From Octopus bimaculoides (lineage: Eukaryota), in contig NC_068984.1 in NCBI RefSeq assembly GCF_001194135.2, positions 25,172,142-25,236,141 on the forward strand: a DNA stretch of 64,000 nucleotides, in the 5' to 3' direction. Shown in pieces: positions 11,960 to 25,569 of the stretch. The stretch's first letter is position 1. Each line of letters opens with the position of its first letter. Both the position numbers and the translations under genes were made by a program. The notes under the pieces are model-generated. The model saw only the letters and a list, made by a program, of their open reading frames with translations. It made no database searches and was not told where the DNA came from.

Positions 11960-12135
11960 TGTCAGTGAGAATGTGTGGCTAAGTGGTTAGGGTGTTTGGT
12001 TCACGATCGTTGGTTCCATTTTCGGAACTGATGGTAAAAGTCTTTGCTCGTCACGTCAGTTCACTCATCTGAAAATGAATACCAGCAGTAGCTAGAGATT
12101 AACCCAGGAATGGACTGGCGTTTTATTCAGGTGTG
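11960..12135 (+). mobile_element. Degenerate tRNA-derived SINE
   Basis: gtgtggctaagtggttagggtgtt head followed by cactcatctgaaaatgaatacc...gatggactggcg-like body. Confidence 0.45.
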
Positions 12136-12510
12136 TGTCTTGCTTTCTTAGTCACCTGAACACCCCGGAAATTCGAATAAACTCTTGCCTCATAAGCCCA
12201 TAGGTTCAAGGCAGACCTGTTGTTACTCAGATACACCAGTTTCATGCTGGTGGCTAAATATTTGAACTCAATGATCTTCAGCTAACTTTTCTTACAATGA
12301 GGAAGCTAAAGTCTACTAAAGATGACTGCACTCATATACGAATACATGGATATCAGTATGAAAACATGTTCCAAGTCAGATTTAACTGAATTTACTTATC
12401 ACCAAAAGCATTCCAGCCATAAAAAAAACCGTGTTTATGTATATGTGTGACCGCATGTGTATCGTTGGCGATTTTCTTTCTCCGTCTTCCCTTCTTTGGA
12501 CTTTTTCTGT

Positions 12511-12545
12511 ATTTCTGATGAAGACCTCTGCTCGAAACGTGAAAT
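12511..12545 (+). ncRNA. Degenerate minimal hammerhead ribozyme motif (Penelope-terminus type)
   Basis: ATTT-CTGATGA-A-GACCTCTGCTC-GAAA-CGT-G-AAAT: stem I ATTT/AAAT, palindromic ACGT stem III; G at position 17 and a stem II mismatch. Confidence 0.5.
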
Positions 12546-13199
12546 CCTCTTTCTTTTCTTTCCTTTCCTGAGCGTCCAATAACACTGTACTTATTCCACG
12601 TCCTTGCGTTGTTGTTTTTTCTTGTTTGTTCATGTNNNNNNNNNNNNNNNNNNNNNNNNNNNNNNNNNNNNNNNNNNNNNNNNNNNNNNNNNNNNNNNNN
12701 NNNNNNNNNNNNNNNNNNNNNNNNNNNNNNNNNNNNNNNNNNNNNNNNNNNNNNNNNNNNNNNNNNNNNNNNNNNNNNNNNNNNNNNNNNNNNNNNNNNN
12801 NNNNNNNNNNNNNNNNNNNNNNNNNNNNNNNNNNNNNNNNNNNNNNNNNNNNNNNNNNNNNNNNNNNNNNNNNNNNNNNNNNNNNNNNNNNNNNNNNNNN
12901 NNNNNNNNNNNNNNNNNNNNNNNNNNNNNNNNNNNNNNNNNNNNNNNNNNNNNNNNNNNNNNNNNNNNNNNNNNNNNNNNNNNNNNNNNNNNNNNNNNNN
13001 NNNNNNNNNNNNNNNNNNNNNNNNNNNNNNNNNNNNNNNNNNNNNNNNNNNNNNNNNNNNACACACCAGGCATTCCATTCATTTCCCCACACAAAGAGGC
13101 GAGCCCCGCCCCATGCTCAGGTCAAGGCATAGAACGCAACCCCCGATATCAGCAGCGAGGTCCGACAGCATATTCTGGGTTACCCCCGCCACATCATGC

Positions 13200-13760
13200 T
13201 GGTTCCATACCCCTTTGAGCAACATCAGTTCACTCATCCATCCACAAACACTCTCCAAGCTTTTCAATCCTTTATAAACTCTTTTGCCTCTCTCACTCCA
13301 TCACCTCTAACCACCAAAGCTTTCCTCACTCCAACCATCCACACAAACCGAGGTCTGCCTCTGATTCTACTGCCTATCACCTCTGCTTTCGTCACTCCTT
13401 ATCTGTCCTCTCCATGTGGCCAAACCACCTCAACATTCGTCTATCCATTCTGGTACATAGATTTTCTCTCGCTCCTGCTCGTCTTCGCGCCTCCTCATTC
13501 CTCATCCTGTCCATCCGTGTTACACCAACCATAGCCCTCAAACATCTCATCTCAAACACATCTAGTCGCCTCCTTTCCGTCTCTCTCAGACCCTACGTCT
13601 CTGCACTATATAACATTGTTGGCGCAATACACACCTCTTTCGCTTTCATACTCAATCTTTTATCTCTCAGCTTGCCTTTCACAACTCCCCTCCCTCATTC
13701 TATATCCCACCTCCTCAGCCAATCCCCCATACACCATCACATGTGATCCAAGATACTTAA
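13200..13760 (-). mobile_element. RTE-clade LINE 3' fragment (RT C-terminus)
   Basis: Minus frame reads IAPTMLYSAET*GLRETERRRLDVFEMRCLRAMVGVTRMDRMRNEEARRR...RMLRWFGHMER, a typical RTE motif set. Confidence 0.85.
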
Positions 13761-14137
13761 AAACACTCTTGCCTATGTACCATGTACAAACACCATTGAC
13801 AGATGTATCGTTAGTAACATAGTTATTAAGTGTTGAATGTAAGGGAGACAACTATGCATTTAATATTGAACGTAATCGGCATAATGAGATAAAACTTTTT
13901 AAAAAACAGTTCGAGGTAACTCATTGGTTTGTACCAACAAATATTATTTGTAAATGTGGATGGAGTTTTATGCTGTGGGGAGAACAGAATGTAGATAATA
14001 ATATTCATTTCTCCCCCATAGCATACAAACGTATCTAGATTTTCGGACTTCGAGATCAAGACAGATTTATAACAGATTGATAATAACAAAATGATGCAAT
14101 GAGCATACAATTCCAGCTTATGGATGGATATTAAAAT

Positions 14138-14516
14138 GTCAATGTTGATGGCACTCCGTCGCTTACGACGACGAGGGTTCCAGTTGATCCGATCAACGGA
14201 ACAGCCTGCTCGTGAAATTAACGTGCAAGTGACTGAGCACTCCACAGACACGTGTACCCTTAACGTAGTCCTCAGGGATATTCAGCGTGACACAGAGTGT
14301 GATAAGGCTGACCCTTTGAAATACAGGCACAACAGAAACAGGAAGAAAGAGTGAGAGAAAGTTGTGGTGAAAGAGTACAGCAGGGTTCGCCACCATCCCC
14401 TGCCGGAGCCAAGTGGAGCTTTAGGTGTTTTCGCTCAATAAACACTCACAACATTCGGTCTGGGAATCGAAACCGCGAGTTCACTGCCCTAACCACTGGG
14501 CCATTGCGCCTCCACT
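14138..14516 (-). mobile_element. tRNA-derived SINE (second family)
   Basis: Minus head GGAGGCGCAATGGCCCAGTGGTTAGGGC...GGTTTCGATTCCCAG (A and B boxes) followed by a GC-richer body. Confidence 0.7.
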
Positions 14517-14759
14517 CAATGCTGATGATAACATAGATAAGGTTAATTACGTAGTTCCTCCATGCATCTTTTGGTACATAAAGCAGTCTTTCACCCAATC
14601 GTTTCCGTTTTTCTTTTTTTTTTTCTTTGCTAACGACAGTCCCTCCTTTCAAGTCCACTTTGATTTTATGCTATAGTGCTCTTGAAGAAACTATAAAAAA
14701 TATAGATTTAAACCTCTAACTTGTTAAATCTAGTGTAAAGTATATTCTTTATGTGGATA

Positions 14760-15345
14760 TGTAAGATCTGTGTCTGCCACTCTCCAGCTATCTATTTAAA
14801 CCTGTATATGGCTCTGGTACATTCACACTTAGAGATTGCATCACCAGTCTGGAACTCCTGTCTTGTTCAGCATATCAATCTCCTGGAAACTGTTCAGAAA
14901 CGTGCAGCCAGACAAATACATCTACCATACCCTAACTGTCTTGCTTTCTTGTGCATGGACAATATTAAAGCTCTGATGTCTGGCAACTGACTTTGTAGAC
15001 ACTCACGAGATTATCCACCATCTTTCCAACAATGACCTTAGGTACCTTTTTGAATTCCACATGTCTAACACTCGTGGACATGCTTGCAAAATCAGAAAAC
15101 AACACAATACCCATGACTTTTGGAAATATTTTTTTACCCTTATAATTGCTGAGTTATTAGTTGTCGGGACATTACATCCTTCAAAACTTCCATACTTCCC
15201 CAAATTCGCCAACAGTACACCTGATGCACCCCTTTTCTTTTTTAAAAGACTTGTTCCTTGTTCACTTCTTGTGCATTATTCTATGTACTTTTGCCTACCT
15301 TTTCTGATGAGTTGTAGCACACCTGAGCATTGTATACAATAAGTT
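14760..15345 (+). mobile_element. CR1/L2-type LINE 3' fragment
   Basis: LYMALVHSHLEIASPVWNS...LLETVQKRAAR and NTRGHACKIRK...KYFFT, matching the CR1 RT C-terminal motifs; ends in an ATT-rich tail. Confidence 0.8.
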
Positions 15346-15721
15346 CATTATTATTTTTTTATTTTTATGAAACCCAGAGACAAAACATTGAAACTGAGGC
15401 AAGAGGCTTCAGCTCCAAATGACTTTTTAAAAAAATTGTCAGAGATCCAATGGCAAGACTTCATTAACAATAGCTAAAGTTGAAAAGCTAATTCAGAGTC
15501 CATCCCTAACATTAAATAAATAAATAAATAATAATAAAAACAGAATAGTCTCAATATCAAGGGTGTGTAATGAGGTTAAGAGATTCTCCAGTATCTCCAC
15601 TTGGAACATATTGTTTAGCAGAACATGATTGTATCATTATCTCATTGTTTTACATGTTACCATGAGTAAGATGCTTTTAAAAGATATAATAGCTTTCCTT
15701 GATATAGTTAGAGAGATGCTT

Positions 15722-15905
15722 CTTTTATCTTTTACTTGTTTCAGTCATTAGACTGTGGCTATGCTGGGGCACCACCTTGAAGAATGTTTAGTCGAATGTA
15801 TCGGCCCCAGTACTTAATTTTAAGTCTGGCACTTATTCTATTGGTGTCCTTTGCTTAACTGCTAAGTTACAGGGATGTAAACACACCAACAGTTGTCAAA
15901 CAGTA
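15722..15905 (-). mobile_element. Diverged SINE 3' half
   Basis: cttttacttgtttcagtcattagactgtggctatgctgg...ctaagttacagggatgtaaacacacc. Confidence 0.7.
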
Positions 15906-18199
15906 ATGAGGGATGGAAAATTAAATGACTTTTTATCTTTTATTCCCATCAATGTCAACTTCATTTTACACTTTCTCTACACAACTGAGCCATGTGCCTA
16001 TGACAAAATTTGTTCCACATTTGGGTTTATTCATTCATTAAGTCCTTCTCTCCCTGTAAAGCATAGGCCATTAACAACTTTTCTCCACTCTGGACTGTCT
16101 TTCTGCAGTTTCCCTGAGCAACAGTCTTCTTCTTCCAGGTCTGGTACTTAATTTATCAACCCCCTGAAGCATGAACAGAAGTCGAACTCAGTGGAATGTG
16201 AACTGAGAACGCAAAGAGTGACTAAATGCTACAAAGCATTTCACTCAGCATTCTAACAATTCTGCCAGCTTGCCACCATATATTCAGGAGTAATAATAAC
16301 TATCTAATTCGTCTGTAAAAACCATACACTTATAATAAAATTAGTGTCACTGATACATTTTGAAACATGTAAGAAAATGTGAAAGTTAGGGAAAAAAAAG
16401 CACTGTTATTGAATCCCAGTCAACCCTGATAGAGAAGTTCCATGCTAAAAAAAGCATTCTATCTGTGACCATCCTGTCTTTTATAGATGCTGAAGAAAAC
16501 CTATGTAATAAGATGAATTTAATATTGGAGGGAAACTTGGTTGTATTTCTAGTAGACCAAGCAATGCAGATGCTCCTTGCCAGTGTATGAGAGAAAAGAA
16601 TTAAACATTTCTTATGTAAAAAAACAATTGTAAACTGACAATGAGTGTTAGACCAGATCTGGGGTTTTATATAACTATTCCATTAAATATGTAAATGAGA
16701 AAAGTTTGGCATTTTAAAAAGAAATCATATAACTAGATAACAAGGGCGATAAGTGGTACGGATTGCTGGACTGTATCTCTAGCAATATTTAGTTATGCCC
16801 CTTTTCTATTCTGAATTCTAGTTTGAGGTCAGGTCAATTAAAGAAATAAAAACCATCTTCTAGAATTCATAGTTTTGAATATTAGACATCATTGTAGCTC
16901 TGACCTGATACCCTTTTAAAACGAGATATATATGCATTCTTAAAATTAATCCCCCAATAAATATTAAGCCAGAATTAGATTATATTTGATTCATCCAATC
17001 TAATTGGTCAAGTAATAGAAATATAGGCAGTTCGCATCAAATTTGAAACTGTAACTCAAACAGCATTAAAAGGAAAGGAAATTACTCAAGCAATCGGGTT
17101 TTTTTTTTCTTTTTCCTTCTTTTTGTGAGTTATATCATGATAAATATGGAAATAATATATACATGAAGAGTTCATATCTTATCATTGGCAGAGTTGTGTG
17201 ATGGCTGACAGACTTAATCTGCTCAGTCCAACATCAGACTTTTTGGTGATTTTTAGCAGAATCCATTGTTGCAAGCATTTGACCAAGTTTCATGCTTGAA
17301 TATAAATTCCTCCCACCAAGCAGAAACTTCCTCTTCTGACTAAGCCATGAGGAAAACAGAAAAAAATAAAATCCAACTTCAGTGAAATATCACATCTCAT
17401 TGGATGACTAATAAACATTATGCTTACAATAAGCTCCCCTGCTCCTAATATCATCTAAAACAACCTTTTTTGCAAACACAAGGATAACGTGACCAATCTT
17501 GAAAATAATGTAACTTGTCATGAGTCATATTTAAAATTTTATATATTTGTTTGGTTAGGAAGATGAGGCTATAAACATGGCTCACCCAAGAAAAAAAAAA
17601 AAAAAAAAAGTTGTTAACTCCAAATGTGAGTCTGTATTATGACAAATCCCCACTGGTATTGAAGAGTAAATACCATATTTGGTAGTATAAAGATGCACAA
17701 GTATATTAAAGTGCCACATATATTCAAGGGAAAAAAGTTTTTAGTGCATTAAAACTTACAGGAATGCCCAGCTTTTCATACAGGATCAGGAGAGATTTCC
17801 GAGACTTGTGGGGAGGAGCAGTCTTAGATACCATCAATTATGGTATGTCACAAGAGTTCAAGGAAAAAAAACAAAAAAAAACAGTAGCCATTTCGTATGT
17901 TGGTAGTTTCAGGAGCCATGAGTTTGCAAACCATTCAGTGCTTTGTGCAGAGCTTGCTCTGCCACAAGAATTTGGTCAGGTCTCAAGTTCTGTCACAAAT
18001 ATTTAGTCAGGTCTCAGGTTAACTTTCTCCCACTGATCTCAGAGACTTTGAAAAGAGTCATGTTAGAAGCCAAAACTAAATTGAAAACTACACCTGAATT
18101 ACTGAAATATGTTCTGTTTGTCTCATTATCATTGACCTATTAAATAATGTGATATACAGGAAGATATTTTGCAATAATTTTTTTTCCTACTGGTGTTCG

Positions 18200-18810
18200 T
18201 GCCACATAAACAGCACTGGTGATGGTGCCATGTGAAAAGCACCCAGTACACCCTGTAAAATGGTTGATATTACGAAAGGCATCCAGCTGTAGAAGCTAAG
18301 CCAAAACAGACTATGGAACCTGGTGTGGCTTCTGGTTTTACCAGCTCCTCTCAAGACATCAAACCAATGCCAGCATGGAAAATGGACATTAAATGATGAT
18401 AATGATGACTTTTCTAAGCGTGAAACAGGACTTCAAACAAAATCCTATAAAGTAATGCTCTTCTTCTTCATCATCATTTAACGTCTATTGTCCATACTGG
18501 CATGGGTTGGACAGTTTGACTGGGCTGGTATGCTGGAAGGCTGTGCAAGGCTCCAGTCTGATTTGGTATGGTTTTCTACGGTTGGATGCCCTTCCTAATG
18601 CCAACCACTCTGAGAGTATAATGGGTGCTGACACCGGTATCTGCCACGACTACAGTTTTGTTTGGCTTGATGGGTCTTCTTCTCAAGCACGACATAATGC
18701 CAAAGGTCTTCGTCATTGCCTCTGTGAAGCCCAACACACAATAGGAACTTCACCAGTTTGCTCCATGAGGCCCAATGCTCGAAAGGAACTCAGCCATCTC
18801 ATCTCCATGA
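18200..18810. mobile_element. Two oppositely oriented copies of a (GAT)n-tailed SINE family
   Basis: aaggcatccagctgtagaa...atgatgat on plus (18200-18410) and catcatcatttaacgtc...ggatgcccttcctaatgccaacc on minus (18465-18810). Confidence 0.65.
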
Positions 18811-19079
18811 GGCCCTATCAAACAATATGTATGAGCTTTAAATTTTATTTCATGGTTTTTATAACGTTGGACACTTGTCACTAAGCAGTTAAAAATATAA
18901 AAATGACTCTCCCAAAATACAACAAAAATTAAGTTGTTTAAACTCTATGAACACAGGGCAATCAACTTACATTAAAAACAATGATACATGTATGTTCTTG
19001 GAACAGTTGACAGCAGCATCTATCAAAACAACAGATGTACAAAATATTCAAATAGAGGAGGCAAAAAAAAAAAAAAGAC

Positions 19080-19305
19080 AAATCCATTCAGTACAAATTA
19101 TTTATTAAATGACATGGCAATTTCATATTTATATATATATATACATATATACACACATGCACGCCCAGACAAATGATGTGTATATATTACATACATACAC
19201 AAGTAAAATACACACGCACATGCATTCACACTACCATCAACTTTAGAAGAAACCTGTAATTTGCTTGCGTGAATGTGTGTATACATATACATACATGCTT
19301 GCATG

Positions 19306-19337
<32 letters not shown>

Positions 19338-19566
19338 TACAGATAATTCCTATTATATATACATATATAATATACAGTGTATATATGTGCATGTACACAC
19401 ATATATATATTTATATATATATATATATGCACATACATATATGTATAAACATACATATATAATATATATACACATATATGTATAAACATATATATATATA
19501 CACATATATTAAATATATGTATACATACATACGCACACTTATACAAACTGTCTCCCCCTCTCTCTC

Positions 19567-19614
<48 letters not shown>

Positions 19615-19631
19615 NNNNNNNNNNACATACA

Positions 19632-19666
<35 letters not shown>

Positions 19667-20287
19667 CTCACTCACTCATAAAAATATTAAACACAGATGT
19701 AAACAAAAAGACACATGCACTTAAAGAAACACACATGCACATAATGAAATACATGTGCCAGAAATATATATATATATATATATAGTCCTACAAAAATTAA
19801 GTGGAAAATCCTGAATCAGTTGAGCTTGACAAAGGTGGGACATCAATCAGCAGACAATGATGCCAAGTTGGCACAAACTAAAATTGGTCTTAAAAAATCT
19901 CTCTACAGAAAGCTATTGAAGTTGCTCCCAGCAGATACCACTCATGACACACAACTTAATATAAAAAAAGAAAAAGAATTAGAAAAAAAAACAAAAAACA
20001 AATAATGAAGCACAGCTCCTTTTTTATAGGCAAAACCCAGATTGATGTGTGTTTGAGACCAGATTAAAATTGTGAAATGTTGCTAGCAACAAAGGAGAAG
20101 AGTAAAGAAAAGAAAAGAGTGGAGACATCAACAACAACGTGACCAATGTATATAGATAAAACATAAATGATAGAACAACTCTTTGACTTTAACCATTCAT
20201 TCTCAGCTTTATATAATGCAGCAGTTGACTTAAATTAATGTCAGTTGCAATAAATGTCTTAAAAATAAAATTTCTCTTGCAGTATGA

Positions 20288-20379
<92 letters not shown>

Positions 20380-23300
20380 GTATATAGATATATGCATATA
20401 TTGCATGTGCACATGTAACCAGACGTGTGCATGCATACCTATGTGTGTAGGAGTTGGTGCCTATAACCAAATATTTTAAATATTTTTTGTTGCTTTTTTT
20501 TTCTTCCCCACTTTCCTTTGCCAATGTTTTTTTTTTTCTTTCTTTTTTTTCCCATGCTAGCATGGAGTAAATGGTTCTACAAATTCAAGTGTATTTGCAA
20601 GAACTGTTTTAATGCATGGATGCATTCTCGAAAGTGAATCACTTAGCCAGAAAGCAAAAAGTGATCGATTTAATCTCCAGCTATTCTGTACATGTATTTT
20701 AAAAAAGAAAAAAAAAAAAGTCACTTTTGTCAGTAAAACTCTCAACTTTCAGATCAGAGGACCTTTATCAACCTACTTTAAAAATATTATTATTAAAGCT
20801 TTTAAAAGAAAGTTTCAAAAACAGTTTAAAAATATGCCCATACTTGTCAATGTGATTATTTCGTTAAGAATTAATTGTAAGTCAAGAACAACGCCGAGTT
20901 ATGAAGAAAACAGCTGATATCAAGCTTCATGTGAGAAGCTGTTCTAAAATAGAAGTAAACGTTTTGGGAAAACGAGATTAAAGAGAAAAGAAAAGGAAGA
21001 ACAAATGAAATATCTTCCCAGTTGTGAAAGTAATTGATAACATGCACAACAGAGGGGAAAAAAAAGAGAGAGAGGTGAAATTAACAGAACAGTTAAGATT
21101 CTCTCACACACACATATATAAATAAAATTAATTTTTGCTACTGCATGCTAAAAAGCTTATAAAACGACAATATAGTTGCATTCATTACTAATTATATTAC
21201 TTGTTTCACTTGTTGATTAGTTTCAATTTTAAGCAGTTCATGCTACCTTCTGTTCTGAGATGCACACAGTAACTGATAGTGTAAATCTATTAAGTATTTT
21301 ATCAAGGATTCTAGCAAAGGTACCAGTAACTTTCTACCATGAAGAATGAAGGTTCAATAATATATATACATATAAAAACAAAGCAGACTATACCAAGGGA
21401 CTCTAAAGAAAACTGCTATAAATTACCCAAAGATGCTGTTCTTCGTAACTGTTTCATCTTTTCAATGAAAGGCAGAAAACAATGTTTTTGACTTACAATT
21501 AAAGAAATGAAAATTATAAATAAAATTTGATTTTGATTGATATTTTCCCCCCTTTAGGTTTCTATAGAATAAGAAATGAATTTGAAGTGTGTCCAATTTG
21601 TCAATAAATGTTTATGACTATAAAAATACAGGCCAAAATTAACATGGCCTAGGGTAGTTTTGAAGTTAATTAGCAGTTTCTCATTTTTTTTCAAATATCT
21701 TTACGTGTAGGCACTTAACATTGAATTCATTTAGAGCTGAAAGTTGTCTGTAAAAGATGATAGCATCCATAGTGATGAATGGGAACAATTCCTAAAATTA
21801 CAAATACTAAAAGAGCACAAATGTTTATTAAAAACAAATTTAAAAAAACAGAAATTTTCTTAGGTGATTTGAAAGTTAACTGACACTCTACTCAGCTTTC
21901 TGCTTTCAGTATATCTTAAATGCTAAAAATGTTGCAGTCTTTTGTTGTGTGGACAATAAATAATATTAATACACCAACAAAATATGACAAAAGTAAAATT
22001 TGATATAAATAAACATGAAAGAAATAAAGATGTTCTCTTTAAATAATTTCTGTAGTTAATTTGAGTTTCAGCCGCATCAAAATGTTTAAGTAAGAAAGCC
22101 TCATGTTAAAGCTATGTGAAGAACAATGGTCAGAGGCGCCACCACTTAAACAATGACATGTGGAATGATTGGGATGCACAAGGTTTTTACTTTAATTTAG
22201 TTATTTTCTCATCTTTTGTGAAAATTTTTAAATTATATACAGTTGTTAAATTTTCAGCCCAGGATCATTTTCGTCAGTTCTAAACTATATTGAGAGAGAA
22301 GGAGGAGGAGGAGGAGGCAAAAAATAAAAAAATAAAAAACGGAAGATGGTTATGATTACAGAAAAGGAAAAGAAGAGCATTTCAAGTTTCTTTTAAGCTT
22401 AAAAAAAAATGGAAAACAAACAAAAACCATACATATATTTACAACATGGAACCATTTTCAGAACTGGCACCTGCTGATTGCCCACAATAGTCAGACTGCA
22501 ACTACAATATTTAACGATGGTACACCAACTTAGTTNNNNNNNNNNNNNNNNNNNNNNNNNNNNNNNNNNNNNNNNNNNNNNNNNTGTGCAGTTTTCATTT
22601 TCTCTTAGTTTCTCCCTCTCTACTTCTCTTTCATATTTTCAAGATGACCTAGGTCCAGATAGATAATTGCCTCTTTGCATGCAATGTACAACATGGTCCA
22701 ACCTTACATATAGGGGTGGGATTGGAATAATCAATGAAATTAAATTAATTTTATCACACGCACACACACACAAAATTTTATATAAATGATTAGAGATTTC
22801 CAGCAGGGAGAAGGTTCCTTGGTATGTGTCTATTTTTTGTCATCTCATGTTTTTAAAAAAAAAAAAAATTTGTTTGTATTTGAGTAATCCACAATCTGAA
22901 GACTTAACCATAGTCAGCACATTTCAATCAGAGTATTGTTTAATTGATTTATCATTCTCTCTCTATCTCTCTTTTATTTATGTTGTTTGAATATAATTTC
23001 AATATCAATATGAGAATTCAAGAGCTGTACTGTTTCTGCCAAATTTTCCACATACCGTACAGATTGCTGGTTAAGAAAATGACAAAATAAAACAAAACAA
23101 CACACAAAAATCTGCTGCCTGACCACCGGATTGAAGTTAGGTAACATGTTTAAGCATAAGTAGTTTGACAGAAGAATTTCTCTCTGAAAGCAGATTTTTT
23201 TTTTTTTTTTTTTTTAAACTGTTTTTTAAATAGCAGCAAATGTTGTTCCAAAACTTCCTGCTAGGTCAACTGAGCAGATGAGAGAGGAGTGATGTAGAGG

Positions 23301-24233
23301 CAAAACTGCAGCAGATAGACCTAAAATTAACATAAGTTTCATAATGGGATAAATAATATATTAGTTCTACATATCCATACTTCTGAGAATTTCCCATTTT
23401 TTTTTTTTTTTACTTTTATTTTTCTTTCTTCTTTTTTCTTAACTCCTTCCTTGTAAAAACCGATTCTTTAATCAGTGCAAACAATATAGAGTTCTTTTCT
23501 TTAAATATTTTTCTGTTACAAATTTCAAAACAAGGTCTTGAAATTAAGTTATTAATACACAAATGAAGAGAATTCTGTTTTGTTTTTGTTTGTTTTTTTG
23601 TTGTTTTTTTTTACCAAATAGTGTTCAGGCTAAGAATTTTTTTATTTATTTTTATTTTTTTTTCCATAAATGTTACTGAATGATGGGAGAAAGATGAAGA
23701 AACCAGAACTATTTGAAAATAGATGTGTTTTATATTGGCTATGTTGTCTGGATGAATGAAACAAATAATTCCGATCTGAACTGATTTTCTCTTCAGTTTC
23801 TGTTCAATGAAGTTTATATTCGTTAAAAAGAGAGAAGATATATCTAAAAATATACAAAATAAACTTGAATTTCTCCTTAGTTTTCAAGCATAATTGATGG
23901 CTGATAATGTAATGTGTTCATTTGCTGCAAAATTGATATCAGCAATCTAGTGAAATTTATAAATAGTGACAGGAAAGGTGAGATAGCTAATGACCAAAGA
24001 CATAACAGTAGCCGTATTTTGAAGTCAGTAAGGTAAATAGCCAATCACAACTGGTCAACATGTGATGAGGAACTATAAAGTTAGACTTTCTGGAAAAACT
24101 GTCAGATCTGTTTTAATATCCATACCAGTAAACTTTTTTTTATTCTACAGAGGATTCATTTCAGATAAAAATTATTATGATAGTGTCGAGTTGAGAAATG
24201 CCTCAAGACGCTGCACCCAAGAAAATGTCCATC
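19080..24233 (-). other. Probable long 3' UTR of the PDZ-GEF gene (distal end uncertain)
   Basis: Follows the stop codon; U-rich on the minus strand; no SINE recognised in it, unlike the flanks; AATAAA (minus) at 19101-19106 is followed by a GU/U-rich tract. Confidence 0.4.
19101..19106 (-). terminator. Candidate polyadenylation signal AATAAA
   Basis: Minus strand reads tttAATAAAtaatttgtactgaatggatttgtcttttttt; other candidates exist, e.g. 21824-21829. Confidence 0.35.
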
Positions 24234-24265
24234 TCAGACAGCAGAAACTTGTTCTTCATCAACTT
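24234..24265 (-). CDS. RAPGEF2: PDZ-GEF terminal coding exon (EVDEEQVSAV*)
   Basis: Acceptor acatttttgcag|AA; reads GAA GTT GAT GAA GAA CAA GTT TCT GCT GTC TGA. The EQVSAV* end matches the known C-terminus of RAPGEF2/6 (class I PDZ-binding motif). Confidence 0.93.
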
Positions 24266-25569
24266 CTGCAAAAATGTAATGGAAAGAATATTAGTTTACA
24301 GACAAGAAAACAAAATTACACAGTTGATGTTAAATAATGATTATTAGTAAAGCAATTGTTAAATAAAAAATTAAGTTGTGAAGATACACCACCAATGAGA
24401 GCAGAGTGTGGTAGAGTATTATATACATGAAAGGGTTAGTGACTACAAATAGAGGTTGTAGGTATATGTGTATGTGCATGTGTGTGGGTGTGAGATTTAA
24501 AATCTAAGAAAATAAATGAAACCAATTTATATAAGAAAAAAATCTTAAGCAAATTATATATGCTTCATAGAGTGTTTGTAATATAGGATGAGTACAGCGT
24601 AAAGGTGAGGAAAAAAATTAAAATTATTTTCATTAGATCAGTAAAGCATTTTTAGATTACAGACAAATTCCAGTAGCTTATTTTTTACTGGAGTAAATAC
24701 TGAAAATTGGCAAATTGAGTTACCTTCAAATAAAATTTTTAAAAAAATTTATTTTTTTAAAATCTGTATGTAATTGCACACACACCAGAAGTGAACAACT
24801 CAGACATATACATTCACGTCTTTTTCTTTCCTACAGGCGCATGACTGATTTTAGAATTAATTGTAGTTAGCAAAATATATATTTTCAACATGAAGCTACA
24901 GTAAGAATTTAGCACATACATGCTGTAACTTTTAAAACTTTCAGGATTACACTGAAATCATGATTATGAAAACAGTGGATTTGGACAATACTGTTAAATA
25001 TCAAACACAAAACCAAAATATTAAGATTAGGAACTGAGTCACAGACAAAATAANNNNNNNNNNGGGGGGGATGGGAGAATGTTAAAGAAAACTGAAGAAA
25101 ATACACAATGTCACTTAAATTATAAAATTGTGTGAGAAAAGGGACAAGTAGGGTAATGGATAAATTTTAAGGAGTTACATGCTTCAAAGGAATCTGATTT
25201 CAGAAATCAAATAATTCAAAAGGGAACACAATTAACAACCAAAAGAAATTATTCATAACATAAAATCCATTTGATTTGTTAACAGAAATGAAACAGATAT
25301 CAACATCAAAATGAGATCAAGTACAAGCATGAATATGGCCAACAAATATTTTTTCATCTAAGACAGGAAAACAGCATCTACCTGTTCTTTAAGAATTTCA
25401 TTTCATTTTACTTTCATAGTACCCTCAGTATCATCAATATTTCTATAACATGCAGCTGATCTCAAAATGTTACACTATATAGTATGCAGTATGTAAGACA
25501 GAGTTTGAGGTAGGCAACATGCAAGAGGAATAAAGACTGTTCTGATAAGAAAGGCAAAATCTATTTACT

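Noticed and set aside
15304-15330. CTGATGAG at the CR1 tail, and other CTGATGA hits (31317, 27461, 34021, 54142)
   Set aside because: No stem II followed by GAAA and no flanking helices.
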